Assembly: GCF_009914755.1 (NCBI RefSeq)
Contig: NC_060934.1
Length of the DNA: 64,000 nt
Origin: the human T2T-CHM13v2.0 reference genome, Homo sapiens
Direction: 5' to 3' (one strand)
Each line of letters begins with the position of its first letter. Position 1 is the stretch's first letter. Position numbers and translations under genes: made by a program. The notes below the pieces were generated by a model, which saw only the letters and a program-made list of their open reading frames with translations, was not told where the DNA came from and did not search any database. Of the stretch, positions 12,841 through 27,229 are shown piece by piece.

Positions 12841-15051
12841 TTAACTCCTACTGTAATGAATTCTCTTGATATAGGTAAGGATGTCTATCTAGCTTAGAGA
12901 AGGACTATGCTGGTGGAAATAGTAGGAGACTGTACACCAGCAACCTTGGCTTCTAGTCCTTGTTTTTCTGCTAACGAATTGTGTGGTGATCACCAATCCC
13001 TTATCTCTTTGAGTTAAATTTAAGACACTTGTTTGTATTTTGTTTTTCTCTAGCTGCAAGAACCCCCAACATTTTCAAGTTAAAAATTTCTTTGAATTTA
13101 TGTAAGACAGCATCATGATTGACAAAATATCTTACTACAAATATCTTATTAATGATAAATACTGAAAACTACACATTATGGATGTCAAGTGATTCAGAGT
13201 ATTTTCTTCCCTTGGTTATAGACAGTGCCCCTTTTACTGAATGCCCTGCCAGCAGATCTCCTTTCCATCCTCCTATTTCACACACTGCTGGCTCTCTATC
13301 TCTTACTGAACAATTTGAGAACACTATTTTTAATGGGAGAATCATCTTGAACTTACTGAAACCTCTTTGACCAGCTTCAGATCCGAGAGTGGGTAGGTGA
13401 AATGTGGACTGGGCATTGTGTTCTATTACCTGTCTAAAGATAACTTTGTAAATAAATTGTTAAGGCTGCAAGTGGGGCTTCAGTAATTGTTTTTCTAAAT
13501 TCAGAGATAAAAATTCCCTCTGGGCCACCAGTCAGTTCGATCTGTTTGAAAAACAATGACTCGTCATCATCCTCATTCTTCTTATAATCTTTTCAATAAT
13601 TTATTTCATGAAGAAATGCTTATTCCATGCCAGGCACAGGGTTTCATGTTTTTAATACATTATCTTATTATATCTTTACAACAAACCAACAGGTAGGTCC
13701 CATTATCTCTATTTTTACTGGTAAAGTCACAAGGCTTGTGAAGAGGATGTCTCTATTTGAGTGCTGCTCTCTTTAAATCCAAGGTCTGTGCTTTCTGTTG
13801 TTCCTGCTTCTTCCCCATCAGATTAGATCAAAGTTTAATCTTTCTTTCTCATTTCAAAACCTGACTTTGTTGGAGGAGAGCCTGTAAGAGAGGAAGTGAG
13901 ACTAGATCCTATCAATAGCTTCTCCTGAAGGGTGACATTACTTCTGGGCTAATTCCTTATTGAAGGAACTATGGAAGAAAATTATTACAGTGCTTGTCTC
14001 TTTGAAGGTGTTTTTCTTAAGTGAAGGCAGCCCCAAGGAGTCCCCAAAGGAGTTGTAATTGAGTTGCTCTTCCTTTTACTCATCACTGTTAAGCCAGGTA
14101 TGCAAATAACACTGAGGCATTTTGGAAGGTTATTTGAGTCCTGCTGTTTGTTCAAGCAACATTTGAGAAACACTATTAGGAAAATGTGTGCATGTTCTAC
14201 ATCATTTGAGATATAATGAATCTTGATTATTAGATTAATCATATTATGTGTGTCAACTAGAAAAATGTGCCTTATTTGAGGGGTGATATTTTTGTCAGCA
14301 GGTACTAGTGAGGATGTTTTTTGGTAATCTATTGAAAGATGAAGTCACAGATTTTTTTAAGGAGGTTTTAGCTTATATTTGACTGAGGTTGAAGAAGCCA
14401 ATTTGGAAGGCAGCTACTTGTGAAGCTCTCTAGATATTAAGTGTTATTTCTAAAACAAATAATCACTCCAGGAAATTGTAAAGACCATGATCCCAGGAAA
14501 ATCTTAGGAGACAGTAGAGCATAGAAGGAAGAACAATGAACTAGGAATAAGAAACTGCTATGCCAGTAACTAACTGTATGTGTGTCTTAGGACAAGTTAC
14601 TTAACTAGTGTCAAGCTCACGTTCTGCGTTTGAGAAGTAAATGTGGTTGCGTGTTTGATCAAGCAGTTTCTAATGTCCCATTGAACTACATATACCATGA
14701 TTTGAAGTGTATGCAGAATTAATGATTTGCTATCAGTAAGGATGTTTATTTTATACCTGTTTCCTTAGATGGCCTTCTAACACAATGAAAGATGACCTTA
14801 AATTGTTGAATAAAAATAGTATTCATCTTTCTAAAAATCAAAACTTGTCCATGTGTTAACCCTTTATTGTCACATTAGCCTTTACACTGTATGCATATTC
14901 CTGTCAATGTATACAGCTAAGAAAAGGTAACAGACCGCCAAATAATACTGACTTTACTGGTGTACGATACAGATATTAAAGTTTAGAGGCTTCCTAATTT
15001 CTAGGCAATTGGCTTACCTTTTCATAACCTTACCTTAACTCTGAAAGATAA

Positions 15052-15436
15052 CTACAATGAGCTGAATTGTGCACGCCCCTCCGCTCAGATATTGAAGTTC
15101 TAACCCCTAGTATCTCAAAATGTGACTGTAGGTATTTGGAGATAGGGCTGTGAAAGAGGTGGTTAAAGTAAAATGAGGTCATGGGGGAACCCTAATCTAG
15201 TATGACTGGTGTTCTTATAAGAAGAGGAGATTAGGACACAGAAAACACAGACTAACATGCTCATGTGAGGATACAGAGAAAAGGAGTCTGTCTGCAAGCC
15301 AAGAAGAGAGGACTCAGAAGAATCTGTTGACACCTGGATCTTGGACTCCTAACTTCCGGAACTGTGAGAAAATACATATTTAAGCCATCACCCTGTCTAT
15401 TGTATTTTGTTATGACATCCCTAGAAAACTGATACA
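15052..15436 (+). mobile_element. MLT1B-like solo LTR
   Basis: gctgaattgtg...tatttggagatagggc...ccctaatctagtatgactggtgttcttataagaagagg...gaaaactgataca. Confidence 0.85.
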
Positions 15437-15575
15437 GCATTATTATTCTCAGTTTTTGATTTAGAAAATGTGACTCAGAGAGGTTAGTTAACTGGCCAAA
15501 GATCACACATGGTTGATAAATGGCAGAACTTGGATTCAAACCTGTTTTTCTGTCCATGCACTTTCCATGTCACCA
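15437..15575 (-). mobile_element. MIR
   Basis: ctcagagaggttagttaactggccaaagatcacac...ggcagaacttggattcaaacc. Confidence 0.75.
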
Positions 15576-15729
15576 TATGGTTGCCTTATTAAGCAGAACA
15601 GACGACCTTTACTCTTTCATGGAGCATCACAATGTCCCATGTAAGAGTCTATGTAAGGGTAACTGCTTGCATAGACTTACAAGGACTTTGCAAGCGTGAC
15701 ACCTTCAGGAAGAAGCAAAGCCTGTTGCT

Positions 15730-15990
15730 CAGGAGCCTGATTTCCTTCACTGGACTGTTTGGGACCTGGCACTAGCCCTTGGTCTTTGAACTTGAATAAG
15801 CTACATAAACTTTCTGTGCCGTTTTCCTCCTTATATGATGAAATGGAAATAAAAATACCTACCTTATATGTTTGTTGGGAGGATTAAACGAGATACTGCA
15901 TATACAGCCTTTGGAGTAGCCCTTGGCATGTTTTAGGAGTCAATACATGTTAGCTGTTAATAATGCTACAGTTGCTATTATTTTTATTAC
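15730..15990 (+). mobile_element. MIR
   Basis: aaatggaaataaaaatacctacct...gaggattaaacgagata. Confidence 0.7.
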
Positions 15991-16644
15991 TTCATTTGAT
16001 CTGACAACTATTCTGTAAGATGAATAACTTAAGGGACTTTTGCAATTTTTATGATCTACACTTATGCTAAAGAGAAGAAACAAAGGCTCTGAAATTACAA
16101 CAGGTTATTTATTTTGAATGAGCTCAGTTTGTTTTATTTTAATTTCACCTTCATTTTTTAAACTAAATTAGCTTATTATAACTTATTTGGTTTTTATTTA
16201 TAATAACAGTATGATTATGACTCGAATTTTCACATAATTTTTGAATTAATGGGATGCTGGGTATCAGTCTAGGGACAGGTCTGTTGAGCTAACCTGTAAT
16301 TGTTTCTTTATACTTTTAAGGGACTATCCTCAATATAAAAATAACCATTTTTTGGTAGTGATTTTATGACTGAGAATATTTTTATTGTACCAGAAAACTA
16401 CAATTTTCTCCACTTAAACATTGGAGTTTTAAAAGCTCTTAGGGTTTGAACCAGGTCAAGTCATGTTTGCAATTACCTCTCGTTTCTCAAATAGTTTCCA
16501 ATATGTAACAAAATGCAGTGTAAAAAAAGGGATTTAATAAACATCGCTATAAGGGAAATGTTTTTAGGGATATGTTGTTAAATGTCCTCAGTATTTACTA
16601 AATGCTTTTAAGCAAAAACAAATAAAATAAAATTTCCCTTCAGC

Positions 16645-17340
16645 ACTTTTTAAAAATTAATTGTGTTGTACAATAATGTTTTGATTTATGTTCGTATTGT
16701 GAAGTGGCTCAGACAAAAGCTGTCTAATATCTGCATGACTTCACATACTTGACCATATTTTGTGGTGAGAACATTAAAAAATCTACTGTTTTAGCATTTT
16801 TCAAGGATATAATATATCATTATTAACTATGATCATCATGATGAACAATAGATTTCTTGAACTTACTCCTGCCTAATTAAAATTTTATGTCCTTTAACCA
16901 ACATTGCCCTAATTCTCCTAGCCCCCCAGCCTCTAGTAACATCATTTTACTCTCTCTTTTTATGATGTCAACCTTTTAAGATTCTTCCTAAGTGAGATCA
17001 TGCAGTGTTTGTCTTGCTGTGCCTGGCTTCTTTCATTTACTGCCTTAAGGTTCACCCATGTTGTTGCAAATGACAGGATTTTCTTCCTTTTTAAGACTGA
17101 GTAGTATTCTGTTGTGTATAGATACCACACTTTATCCATTCATTCTTTGATGGACACTTAGGTTGATTTTATACCTTGGCTATTGTGAATAATGCTGAAA
17201 TGAACATGGAAGTACAGACACCTCTTCAACATACTGATTTCACATCCTTTGGGTCTATACCCAGAAGTGGGATTGCTGAATCATATGATAGTTGTATTTT
17301 TAGTTTCTTGCAGAATCTCCATACTATTTTTCATAATGGT
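16645..17340 (-). mobile_element. L1MA-like 3' end
   Basis: gtggtgagaacattaaaaaatctact, taagtgagatcatgcagt, gttgcaaatgacaggatt, cccagaagtgggattgctg. Confidence 0.88.
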
Positions 17341-17619
17341 CATGAAAGGATATAGGAGCAGCAGAGTCAATGGTTACTTGTTTATGTGGAAAAAAATGTT
17401 TAAACTAGAAAAGGCAAAAGAAATATTTAAGAGGCATTTAAAGCACAATAATATTTTTTTTATTTTAACTACTTTGTTAAATGAGTTTTTATCAATAGAT
17501 TCTGGTGAATCATATCACAGGGTACTAATAATAGCCATGAATTTTCAAGGAAATACCAGAAGGACAATGACCTGCTTCTCTCAGGATAACACCTTGACCT
17601 TACAACGAGGGTGCTGCGC

Positions 17620-18110
17620 AGGGCAATGGGGACCCTAGTATTTTTGGTCTATCACATTTGGCATAGATCTGCCTCAGGAGTGGGAACTGGATGAAGAAAG
17701 ATAGTCCAAGGCCTTTTGGCTGCTCTTGCCTTGAATAGATCTCCTTCAACACAGAGCTGGGTGTATGTGATAAATCTTGGTGGCCTGCAACTTCCAGGAA
17801 GAAACTTCAGCCCTGACTGGGAGCTGGGAACAGAGGGAACCCTCTGTTCTCAGTAGCTCTGTTAGTGGTAGAGTTTCTTTTGTGTTGAACTAGAGAGATG
17901 GAGAGGGCATCGATCCCGTATTAAATGACACAGGCTGCTTGGTATTCTAAGAGTTAGTAGATTTTCTTGAATAAATGTATCTTCATTTTCTGTGTGCCCT
18001 TAGGACAATTAACAGAGACTTTAAATAGTTGTAAGTGTTGTTTTAATAATTTTCCCCAGTTATGGTTATTTCACTGGAGATAGAATTCACACAGCCATTC
18101 TGGGAGTTTT
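17620..18110 (-). mobile_element. Old L1M 5'-region fragment
   Basis: ttttcttgaataaatg...gcccttaggacaatt..cagagacttt resembles L1M 5' ends in antisense. Confidence 0.4.
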
Positions 18111-19711
18111 CTATTTAGTTGTCATCTGTTAATTGAGGTATTGGCAAGTGAAACTGTGCTTAGAAGAGGATAAAGGAGTGTGAATGTTTCTGAAAACCAG
18201 GCCATATTTGTAATAAGTGGAAGTAATAGATGAAGAGATGCCAGGAAGCAATGTTTCCACAGATGTAAAATGATGAAGACAGCTTTAATCTGGATAGCTC
18301 CACAGAGCAGAACTAAATTTTATACACAGAATTACTAGGAGGAAGATTTTACTAAATTTTTGAACAAATTTAGTTGAGTAAAAAATAAATGACAGGCAAA
18401 TATGTGGCCCTGAACTCCCTTTGGAAATGTATTGGCAAAGCGGAGTCATGTTTTAAGGGAATGCTAAAGGAGATGTCTGCAGTGATAGATCATCAGGCAA
18501 AAATGAACATAGAAAAGTTTACATTTCACAGAGGCCAGCGGGAGGCTACTGTATTAATCAAGGTGAGAGAGGATGCTTGTCTGAAGGGGACAGTAGCAGA
18601 CAGAATGGAGAGAGGTAAGCTAGCACCGAACATAATGGTAAAAGCTGTGGCGAAGGATCCAGGAATGTATGCAATTAAGCACAGCATGCTGTAGACCAAC
18701 AGAGTTCACCTGATTCACAGTTAATGACTCTCATTCCTTTTCATTTATAGTCTAATGGGCCATAGGTGTGATAAAAGGGAATGTTTAGACACGCATATAT
18801 TTGTATCTTCGCCTCTTTAGTTAGATGTATACTTGCTTCATTAAAGCTTAACTTCATATAGTTCAAGACATTGAGACATTTCGAAATGTAAGCCTTTCCT
18901 TGCCATATCAGCAACAAAGGGAAAGATATACAATAGAGTGTTACGAGCACAGTGTTTCTCAAATTATTTGACTACACCAAATATCAGGAGTTTCCTGAAG
19001 CAACAAAAATGAATAGTAACACAAATAAAAACAAAAGAATATATGTCTGTTTATAAGTTTCAGACCTAGATTACAAGGTCAAGCATACTTTCATGCATTT
19101 AAAAAAAAAAATCAAAGAAGATAAGGGAATATCTCTACAAAAAAAGTTCTATGAACTAAATGTCCATGAAGCAGCACAAGATAAGCAGAATAAATAGAGA
19201 GAAGTCTGGATAATATAGCCTTTAATCAGAATATAGGTATAAACTCTATTTAAGAGAATTAGAATGTGACTAGAAAATAATAAATTTTGACAACCAGGTC
19301 ATCAATTTTGGTAAAATAAAGGGATGTGAGAAACTCAGAATTTTAATTGTGATTCTAAAAAGCTCATCTATTTTTCTTTTAGTAAAATCACAATTTTTGA
19401 GATACACCTAATTACGTAAAATGCCAGAAACTTTTTCTCTATGTATGCATTTTTACTTATGCCTTTAAAATATTCAATGTTCTGCTCAAAGTAATAAATT
19501 TTACTGTTAATATCTTCCGTCATTCAGAATTAGCTTTACTTAAATCTCATTAAAATACTATAATAGAAAATGGGACCTCTGTACATATTCAAGAACAAGA
19601 AGCAAATTTTCAGTAATAGTTTTTTACAACAGATTTTTAGGGCACATATATTATAAAAGATATTTCAACAAGCGATTCTCAAAATTTGTTTTGTATGTGA
19701 ATCCTGTTCCA

Positions 19712-19791
19712 TTAGGGTGGTGCAAAACTAATTGCGGTTTTTGCCATTGCTTTTAATGGCAAAAACCTCAATCGCTTTTGTGCCAGCCTGA
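19712..19791. mobile_element. MADE1 (Hsmar1-derived MITE), 80 bp
   Basis: ttagggtggtgcaaaactaattgcggtttttgccatt-gctttt-aatggcaaaaacctcaatcgcttttgtgccagcctga: two ~37-bp TIRs with a 6-nt spacer. Confidence 0.93.
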
Positions 19792-20049
19792 CAAAATGCA
19801 CCACAATTCAGCCAAGAGTCTAATAAAAATGTATGTCATTAAGAAGAAGATCTGTTACAGGCATGGAAAAAAGTTTTTCATCCTGCTGTAATTAGGGGTT
19901 TTTAAGCTTTGTATTTCTTCAATAAATGTTTTCTATTTCTTAAAATTTGTCCTGCAGTTACAATATGACATCATTGATCAGCTTATGTTATAAAGGGGCT
20001 GACATTGTAGACGAGATCCCCTTAATGGACTTCACAGCTTTAAACATAA

Positions 20050-20432
20050 TGATATGGTTAGGCTTCATGTCCACATTCAAATCTAATCTTAAATTGTAAT
20101 CTCCATAATCCCTGTAATCCCATGTATCAAGGGAGAGACCAGGTGGAGGTAATTGAATCATGGGGGTGGTTCCTCAGGCTGTTCTTGTGATGGTGATTGA
20201 GTTCTCATGAGATCTGATGGTTTTATAAGGTGCTCTTCCCCCTTGGCTTGGCACTTCTCCTTCCTGCCACCTTGTGAAGAGGTTGTCTTGCTTCCCCTTT
20301 GCCTTCTGTCACGATTATAAGCTTCCTGAGGCCTCCCCAGCCATGCTGAACTGTGAGTCAATTAAACCTTTTTCCTTTATAAATTACTCAGTCTCTCAGT
20401 TATTTATAGCAATGTGAAAACAGATTAATACA
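20050..20432 (+). mobile_element. THE1 (THE1D-like) MaLR solo LTR
   Basis: tgatatggttaggc...gagaccaggtggaggtaattgaatcatggggg...gtgagtcaattaaacc...aataca. Confidence 0.9.
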
Positions 20433-21034
20433 TACAAGTAAAGCAAATTAATACATACAAGTAAAGAAATTAGAAAAATATAACAGAAAATAATGTGTTA
20501 TAACTAGGAAGATAGCCATTCATTTGAATATACTCCTCATACTTGCATTCCTCTCTTTGCAGCTAGAAAAATATGATTTTTATATTCAGAAGGTGATAGT
20601 TTCCTATGTTAAGACTTTTTATACCATTAACAAATCATGAGTTCAGATTTAATGTAAATTTAATTTTGAAGGGATTTACATAAGACCATTTTCCATGGAC
20701 AGTGTGTCATTACAAGAAATTTGAACACTGCATAGTTTGTTTGCTTGTTAATTGCTTAACATGAAATATATAAATAAATGAAATGTGTTTGCATTTTATT
20801 AATAATTATTATGAGCATTTAAATGCCAAGTTACTTGAGTGTAAGTATATGTAGAAGCAAAATGCTTCTAATTTAATAAATATGGTAAAATATAATCTTC
20901 AAATTAACAATAGTTAATTGATCTACAAATGAATCAATTTACCAAAAGTGAATAAATGCTATGACTTGGATGATGAGAGGTCTAATTTGAGTAATATTTT
21001 TAATGTTAATTTTGTCCAGTGAGCGTTCTAGCTT

Positions 21035-21622
21035 TTTAAAATATTTTAACTTTCGTTTTAGGTTCAAGGGTACATGTGTAGGTTTGTCCTTAGGTAAACT
21101 TGTGACTCAGGAAATCACCAGGGTACTAAGCATAGTACTCAAAAGTTCTTTTTTCTGAACCTCTCCTCCTATCCTCTTTCCTCAGGTAGACCCCATTATC
21201 TGTTGTTCCCCTTTTTCTATATGTTCTCATTCTTTGGCTCCCACTTATAAGTGAAAACATGCAGTATTTGGTTTTCTGTTCCTGCATTAGTGTGCTAAGT
21301 ATAATGGCCATCAGCTCCATCCATGTTCCTACAAAGGACATGGTCCTGTGGTTTTTTTTATGGCTGCATAGTATTCCAAGGTGTATGTGTACCACATTTT
21401 CTTGAATGAGTCTACCGTTGATGGGCTTTTAGGTTGATTCCATTTCTTTGCTATTATAGTGAACATACCAGTGCATGTGTCCTTATGGTAGAACAATTAA
21501 TATGCCTTGGAGTATATACCCAGTAGTGGGATTGCTGAGTTGAATGGTCATTCTATTTGTAGTTCTTTGAGGAATCACCACACAAATCACCACACTGCTT
21601 TTCACAGTTGTTGAACTAACTT
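21035..21622 (-). mobile_element. L1PA/PB 3' end, 5'-truncated
   Basis: ggttcaaggggtacatgtg, ctcccacttataagtga, tggctgcatagtattcca; ORF 21126-21395 is L1 ORF2 C-terminus-like (SFVGTWMEL). Confidence 0.9.
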
Positions 21623-22059
21623 AGTTGCAGATTTTATGAACGTCATGAATTGAAAAGGCTGGCTTTGATCTTCTCCATCATTATTTTAGGAGAGAAGAAA
21701 ATGTTGTGTAGAGTAAGTTTATATACTTTCAGAAAAAAAGTAGAAGAAAATGCTCAGTTCTACATAAAATTTAAATAGATGACAACTTTGAATTTTGTCT
21801 CATTGCTTCATGCTAAAAGTAATATATAGGTAGGTATTGATTAGGTTATAAAGCCTATCAAACATACACATGTGACTAACACATTCAGGCTCTCTTCAGT
21901 GGTTGTATTAGTCAAAATTGGCAGTTAATGCTTTACTGTTAGCCCTGAAAATTCCAGTGGTTTAATTCAATGAAGAATTATTTCTGACTCAGGCTATATA
22001 TTTAATGTGGGTCAGCAGGGAGTTTCTTTCACCTTCCACTCAGATTAAGAGGGAATCTT

Positions 22060-22422
<363 letters not shown>

Positions 22423-22571
22423 CTAGCACTGGCTGCTATTGCCTGTAATTAACATTTTTGTTAACACTTTACTGGCCAAATAAAGGTCACATGTCTTTGC
22501 CTGATTTTGGAGATTTGGAAGCATGAAATCTCATCATGCATTGGTATGCCAGACTGCTATTAACTTCAGTA

Positions 22572-22925
22572 GTGATGGTACCAGGTTCAAGAGACCAAAG
22601 CAAAGACCCAGAACCAGCAAACAAGACATATGGTTTATTAGTGGGAACTTACATACAGGGATGGTCCAGTGGCAGGAGGCTGGACAGGAGAACTGCAATC
22701 ACTTATAAAAGGCATGCAGTTTACAAAGCGCCTTCACTTAGTGCCCTTCCGCTAGCAACCTCCACATGGTAACGGTCATAAGTTATTGCTGTCAGATGCA
22801 TCATTCTCACGGTATGCTGGTTATTGTTGTTAGATGTGTCAACTATACACTTGCCTAGAAGGCATGGAACCTGAGTATTTAGTAAATGTAATTTACGATA
22901 ATACATGCTGAGTATTGGCCCTAGG
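22572..22925 (-). mobile_element. LTR (LTR47-like)
   Basis: gacccagaaccagcaaacaagacatatggtttatt...acttacatacaggg...ggctggacaggagaactgc. Confidence 0.5.
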
Positions 22926-25614
22926 TCATTGCTGGATAATGCTACATCTATCATCCATGTCAGAAGTTAAAATATATGTGCCAACATTTTTTGAGAATTG
23001 ATATATTCACTTCAACATACGCTGATATATGCTAGATGTGATGATTCCTTTAATAATTGAGAATAGTGTCAGGTTATAAAGATCACATGCATCCAATGAA
23101 GCACATCACTAGGTAAAGTTGAGAGATATAGTTGGGCGAGACTGGGCATTGAGTGAACATTTTTTATCTGAGAGAAGTATCATATTAATATTAGATCAGA
23201 ACTCTTAAAATTGGATTCTATAATGGGAATACTTTTTAATGGGAGAACAGTAGGTATTTTAGTCCATGTAAAACAGCTTACAGTCCACAGTTTATAATTA
23301 GATGTTTTCATTTTTTTCTTACTCTTTATTTTATAATGTTGTATTTTGAAATGAATTAAGTACTTAGTTTAACTGATATTCTATGGCATTGTATGAAACA
23401 CACTAAGAATATTAAGTGTATTATTGCTGTTAACTTTCTATTCTTAACAGATATATTTACTAAGTTATCAATCTAAATGTCTATTAATTTGGTGGGGACA
23501 CTAAGCTGAGAGAAAAGCAGAGACCAGTGGAAAACTTAAACTGCCTCTTGTGTACCGTAACATGACTTCATGTTTCATAACAATCAAAACAAATCATTAG
23601 AGCTTTTGCTGCTCATGAGAGAAGTCTTTGATCATTTAAGAAGTCTTATTAATAATAATCTTTAAACTCATTTTTATGCATAAAACATAAGTTGTATTTA
23701 AAAGATGAGTATATATTTCATTGTGTTTATTACATATTGGATTTTAAGCACAAAGCATTTCTTAATGGCATTTCATAATTTTTATTTTAACAATGAATAT
23801 CCTAAATATGATAAAATTAAAGGTCATTTTATGTTCACAACATATTAATTTGAGATATATATTCCATATCAATTTCTAATTTATATAAAATTTTAACATT
23901 TATGGAAATCTTTCAAGGCACATAAAATGTAAGTTTGCTATTCATTATTCATAAACTATGGAACATAAATCTTTTAAGTCATTATTTAAACATTTAATAA
24001 AATGCAATAAACCTTTATATCTATATTTAAGAGTTTTTCCGCCCAAAGGCCAGCAGTATGTGAAATAATTTGTTCTTATGCTGTCAATCAGAGACATATC
24101 TTATTTAACAGTCGACACTAGAAGAGAAAAATTATTCATAACCTAGAGATCACACTGTAGGCCTATTTACTTTCTCAACCTTCTCACACTTACATTTATA
24201 CAAACAACTGAATGCTTCATCGATCGTTAAAAATCTACCCAGAAATATTTCCAAACCACGGTCTTTCACGCATGAGGAGCCTATATATTTCAAGCATCAG
24301 ACAATTAACATTTTGTAGAAAATAATTCTATGGTAAGGCAGAGATATAAAGAGTAAAACAAAGATTTCCTAGTTACTTTCCTTGATTAGATGGAATTTTG
24401 AGGTTTGTAATTGCTATAACAAGCATTATGTTGCTGAAAACAGGTATTAGATTAGGGGGATACATATGAGGAATGTGCTAGTAAACAATAGACCTAAAGA
24501 AGTTAGGTACAGGTGATAGACTAGGATTTCCTCAAAGTTTTATTAAATTGGATGGTTATGATTTGCCCCATCCTCCTCATCTCCTTTTATCTGACTACCT
24601 TACCTTTGGTTTCCTTTTTTAAGAAGTTATTCTGTTCATTAAGGCTGTGTAAAACACTGGAATTATATAAACCTATACATCCTGTCCTTATTTCTATCAT
24701 ACAAAGTACATTCCACTTTGAACACTGTATTGTAATTGAATGTTTACTAGAGGTCACCTCTTTTAGGACAAGAACTGATCTATAAAATGAAGATACAGAG
24801 ATCTACTTGTAAAGTGGTTGTGAAGATAGTGCCTAGAAAGCACTTAGCCCAGGCTGTGACATGTAAAAGGCTAACTATTCATCCCTAGCACCCAGCAAAG
24901 TAACTGGGGCTTTTTTGGTGGGTAATAAATGTTTAAATCAATGAATAATTAAAATTCACCCTGAGTGAATGGAATAAACTATGTACATTGGAATATAGTA
25001 GGTTAGCATTAAAGATGGTGGGGAAAGGTCATAAATTCAAGGTCAGAATTGTTGGAATGGATTTTTTTTCTTCTTTTCTGTGCTTGTATTTTAGAGCAAA
25101 TGACAGCATGCTTTACAAAGAATTAAAATTTCTAAGTTCTGATCCTGGTTTTGCAAACAGTTATCTTTGTGACATTAGAGAAGTTTTCTAACTATTTTAA
25201 ACATTCATTTCTAATTGTACAAAGATGCTTAACTCCATTATTTCCAAGGTCCTTTGAGTAACAAAGTTACGATGATATGAAAATTTCCTTGACGTTGATG
25301 ACCGGCCTGAGCAATTAGCTGGCCAGGATGAGGGACACTCCTATTGGGAAGCGAGTGGGTATTGTCTTGTTTTGTCGTGCTTCAGTAACCTCAGAAGCAG
25401 GAAAAATTTGAGAGCTCTCCTGACCCTATGGAAAATGAGGAATGCTCATATGCCTACATGATTCCTAGAGATGCAGAAATGAAAAATAAAATAGATTTGT
25501 TCGTGAAGCATGAATTTAATGATAACAGAAAGAAGTTCAAATTTGCATTACAGAACCGAAGCTGTGTGGGAGTTACAATTTTGCTACAGATAATCCTCAT
25601 TTCACTAACAAGAA

Positions 25615-26008
25615 GATGTATTAGTTAGGGCAAGGCAATACTGACCCAATAATACAATTGCTGAAAGTCAATGGCATAGGTCCATGGGGCAGCTCTGCTC
25701 CACTCAGCCATTCAAGAACCTATGTTTCTTGTAAGTTACCATCGTATTTAGGGCATCGTATTCATCTGTGTGGTCAAAACTGGGTTACTACAACATCTGG
25801 TTTCCAGCTGGTAGAGAAGAAGAATGATTATACAGGAGCACGTGTGTAATGAAGGTAACAGACATCATTTCTTCTCACTGTTTTAGTTGTTTTTTTTTTT
25901 TTAATGAGAACTTAGTTAAATGAACACATTTTAAATCAAAGCATATATTTTTTGCTATATGTCCAGGAAGAAAAAGAGAATAGATTTTAGTGAACATATA
26001 GAAGTCTC
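25615..26008 (-). mobile_element. Old MLT1-type LTR
   Basis: tgtattagttaggg start, gggcagctctgctccactcagccattcaag. Confidence 0.5.
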
Positions 26009-26160
26009 TGCCAGGCACAGTGGCTCACACCTGTAATCCTAGCACTTTGAGAGGCCAAAGGAGATGGATCTGTTGAGCCTAGGAGTTTGAGACCAGCCTG
26101 GGCAACAAGGAAAACTTTCTTTACCAAAAAAAACCCCAAAAAACAAAACACAAAAAAGAA
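26009..26160 (+). mobile_element. Alu monomer (FLAM-like)
   Basis: gccaggcacagtggctcacacctgtaatcc...gagaccagcctgggcaac then A-rich tail. Confidence 0.85.
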
Positions 26161-26821
26161 ATCTCTACCACTGAAGGTGACTATAAGACTTTTTTTTAAT
26201 CAAAAGATAAATGGCCAGTGTATTCAATATGCGTTATCTGATGAAGTATTGTATACTTTTGATTCATCTATGATCATATCATAAATATATACTTTAATAT
26301 AATCATGATACAGTATAAACATATAATATACAGTGTAGCTATTAATATTTTCTTAAAATTATGTTTAATAGATTGGAAATGAGTTCACAGTAAACTGTTA
26401 ATTTAAAATACTGTTATGAAACAACAAATCCAATTTTTGTAAATAAATCTAGTATCTATATATAGGAAATGTTGGAATAATATACATGAATATGTTAGTA
26501 GCAGTCATTGCTGAAGTTTCTTAGCTAGTTATATTTTCTGATTTTACCAATGAACATGCATTTATCCTATAAATAAGTAAAAGTAACTCAAATTTTATGT
26601 AAAAACAAAATTTGAGGATTTTGAAATGATCACAGGGGAATTAAATTCAAGTTTATTCTACTTCAGCTATGGTACTGCTAGAATTACTAATTTCTTTATC
26701 TAAAAGCTTCAGATAGGCTTTTCAAATCCCAAAGCAGAAAACTTGGATGAAAGAATGTGGGAAGGAAGGTGTTAAAAGAGCTGGCTGTGATCCTCTGTTT
26801 CTCCCATGATTAATATGATAA

Positions 26822-27229
26822 TTTTTTGGTCAGTTCAGGCTGTCATAACAAAATACCATAGGCTGACTGGGTGCTGAAATAGAAATGCATTTTCTCAGAA
26901 TTCTTCAGGCTGGAAGTCTGAGATCAGGGTGCCTGTATGGTTGGGTTCTGGTAAGGGCTCTCTTCCTGTCTTGTAGACAGTATTCTTGCTTTGTCCTTCT
27001 CCCTATGCCACCATATGGCATATTGGGTGTGGGAGGTGGGAATGGAGAAAAAAGGGTAAAAGAGTGACAGCATATGACACACCCTGGTGCCTCCTTATAA
27101 GAGCACTAATCCCATCAGAACAGTACCCCACCCTCAAGATCTAATTGCTCCATCTCCAAATACTGTCACCTTGGGGGTTATAGCTTTAACATATGAGTTT
27201 TAGAGGACATAAACTTTCAGTCTGTGACA
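26822..27229 (-). mobile_element. MLT1A-like solo LTR
   Basis: gttcaggctgtcataacaaaataccatagg, ggctggaagtctgagatcaggg, cttataagagcactaatcccatc. Confidence 0.8.
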
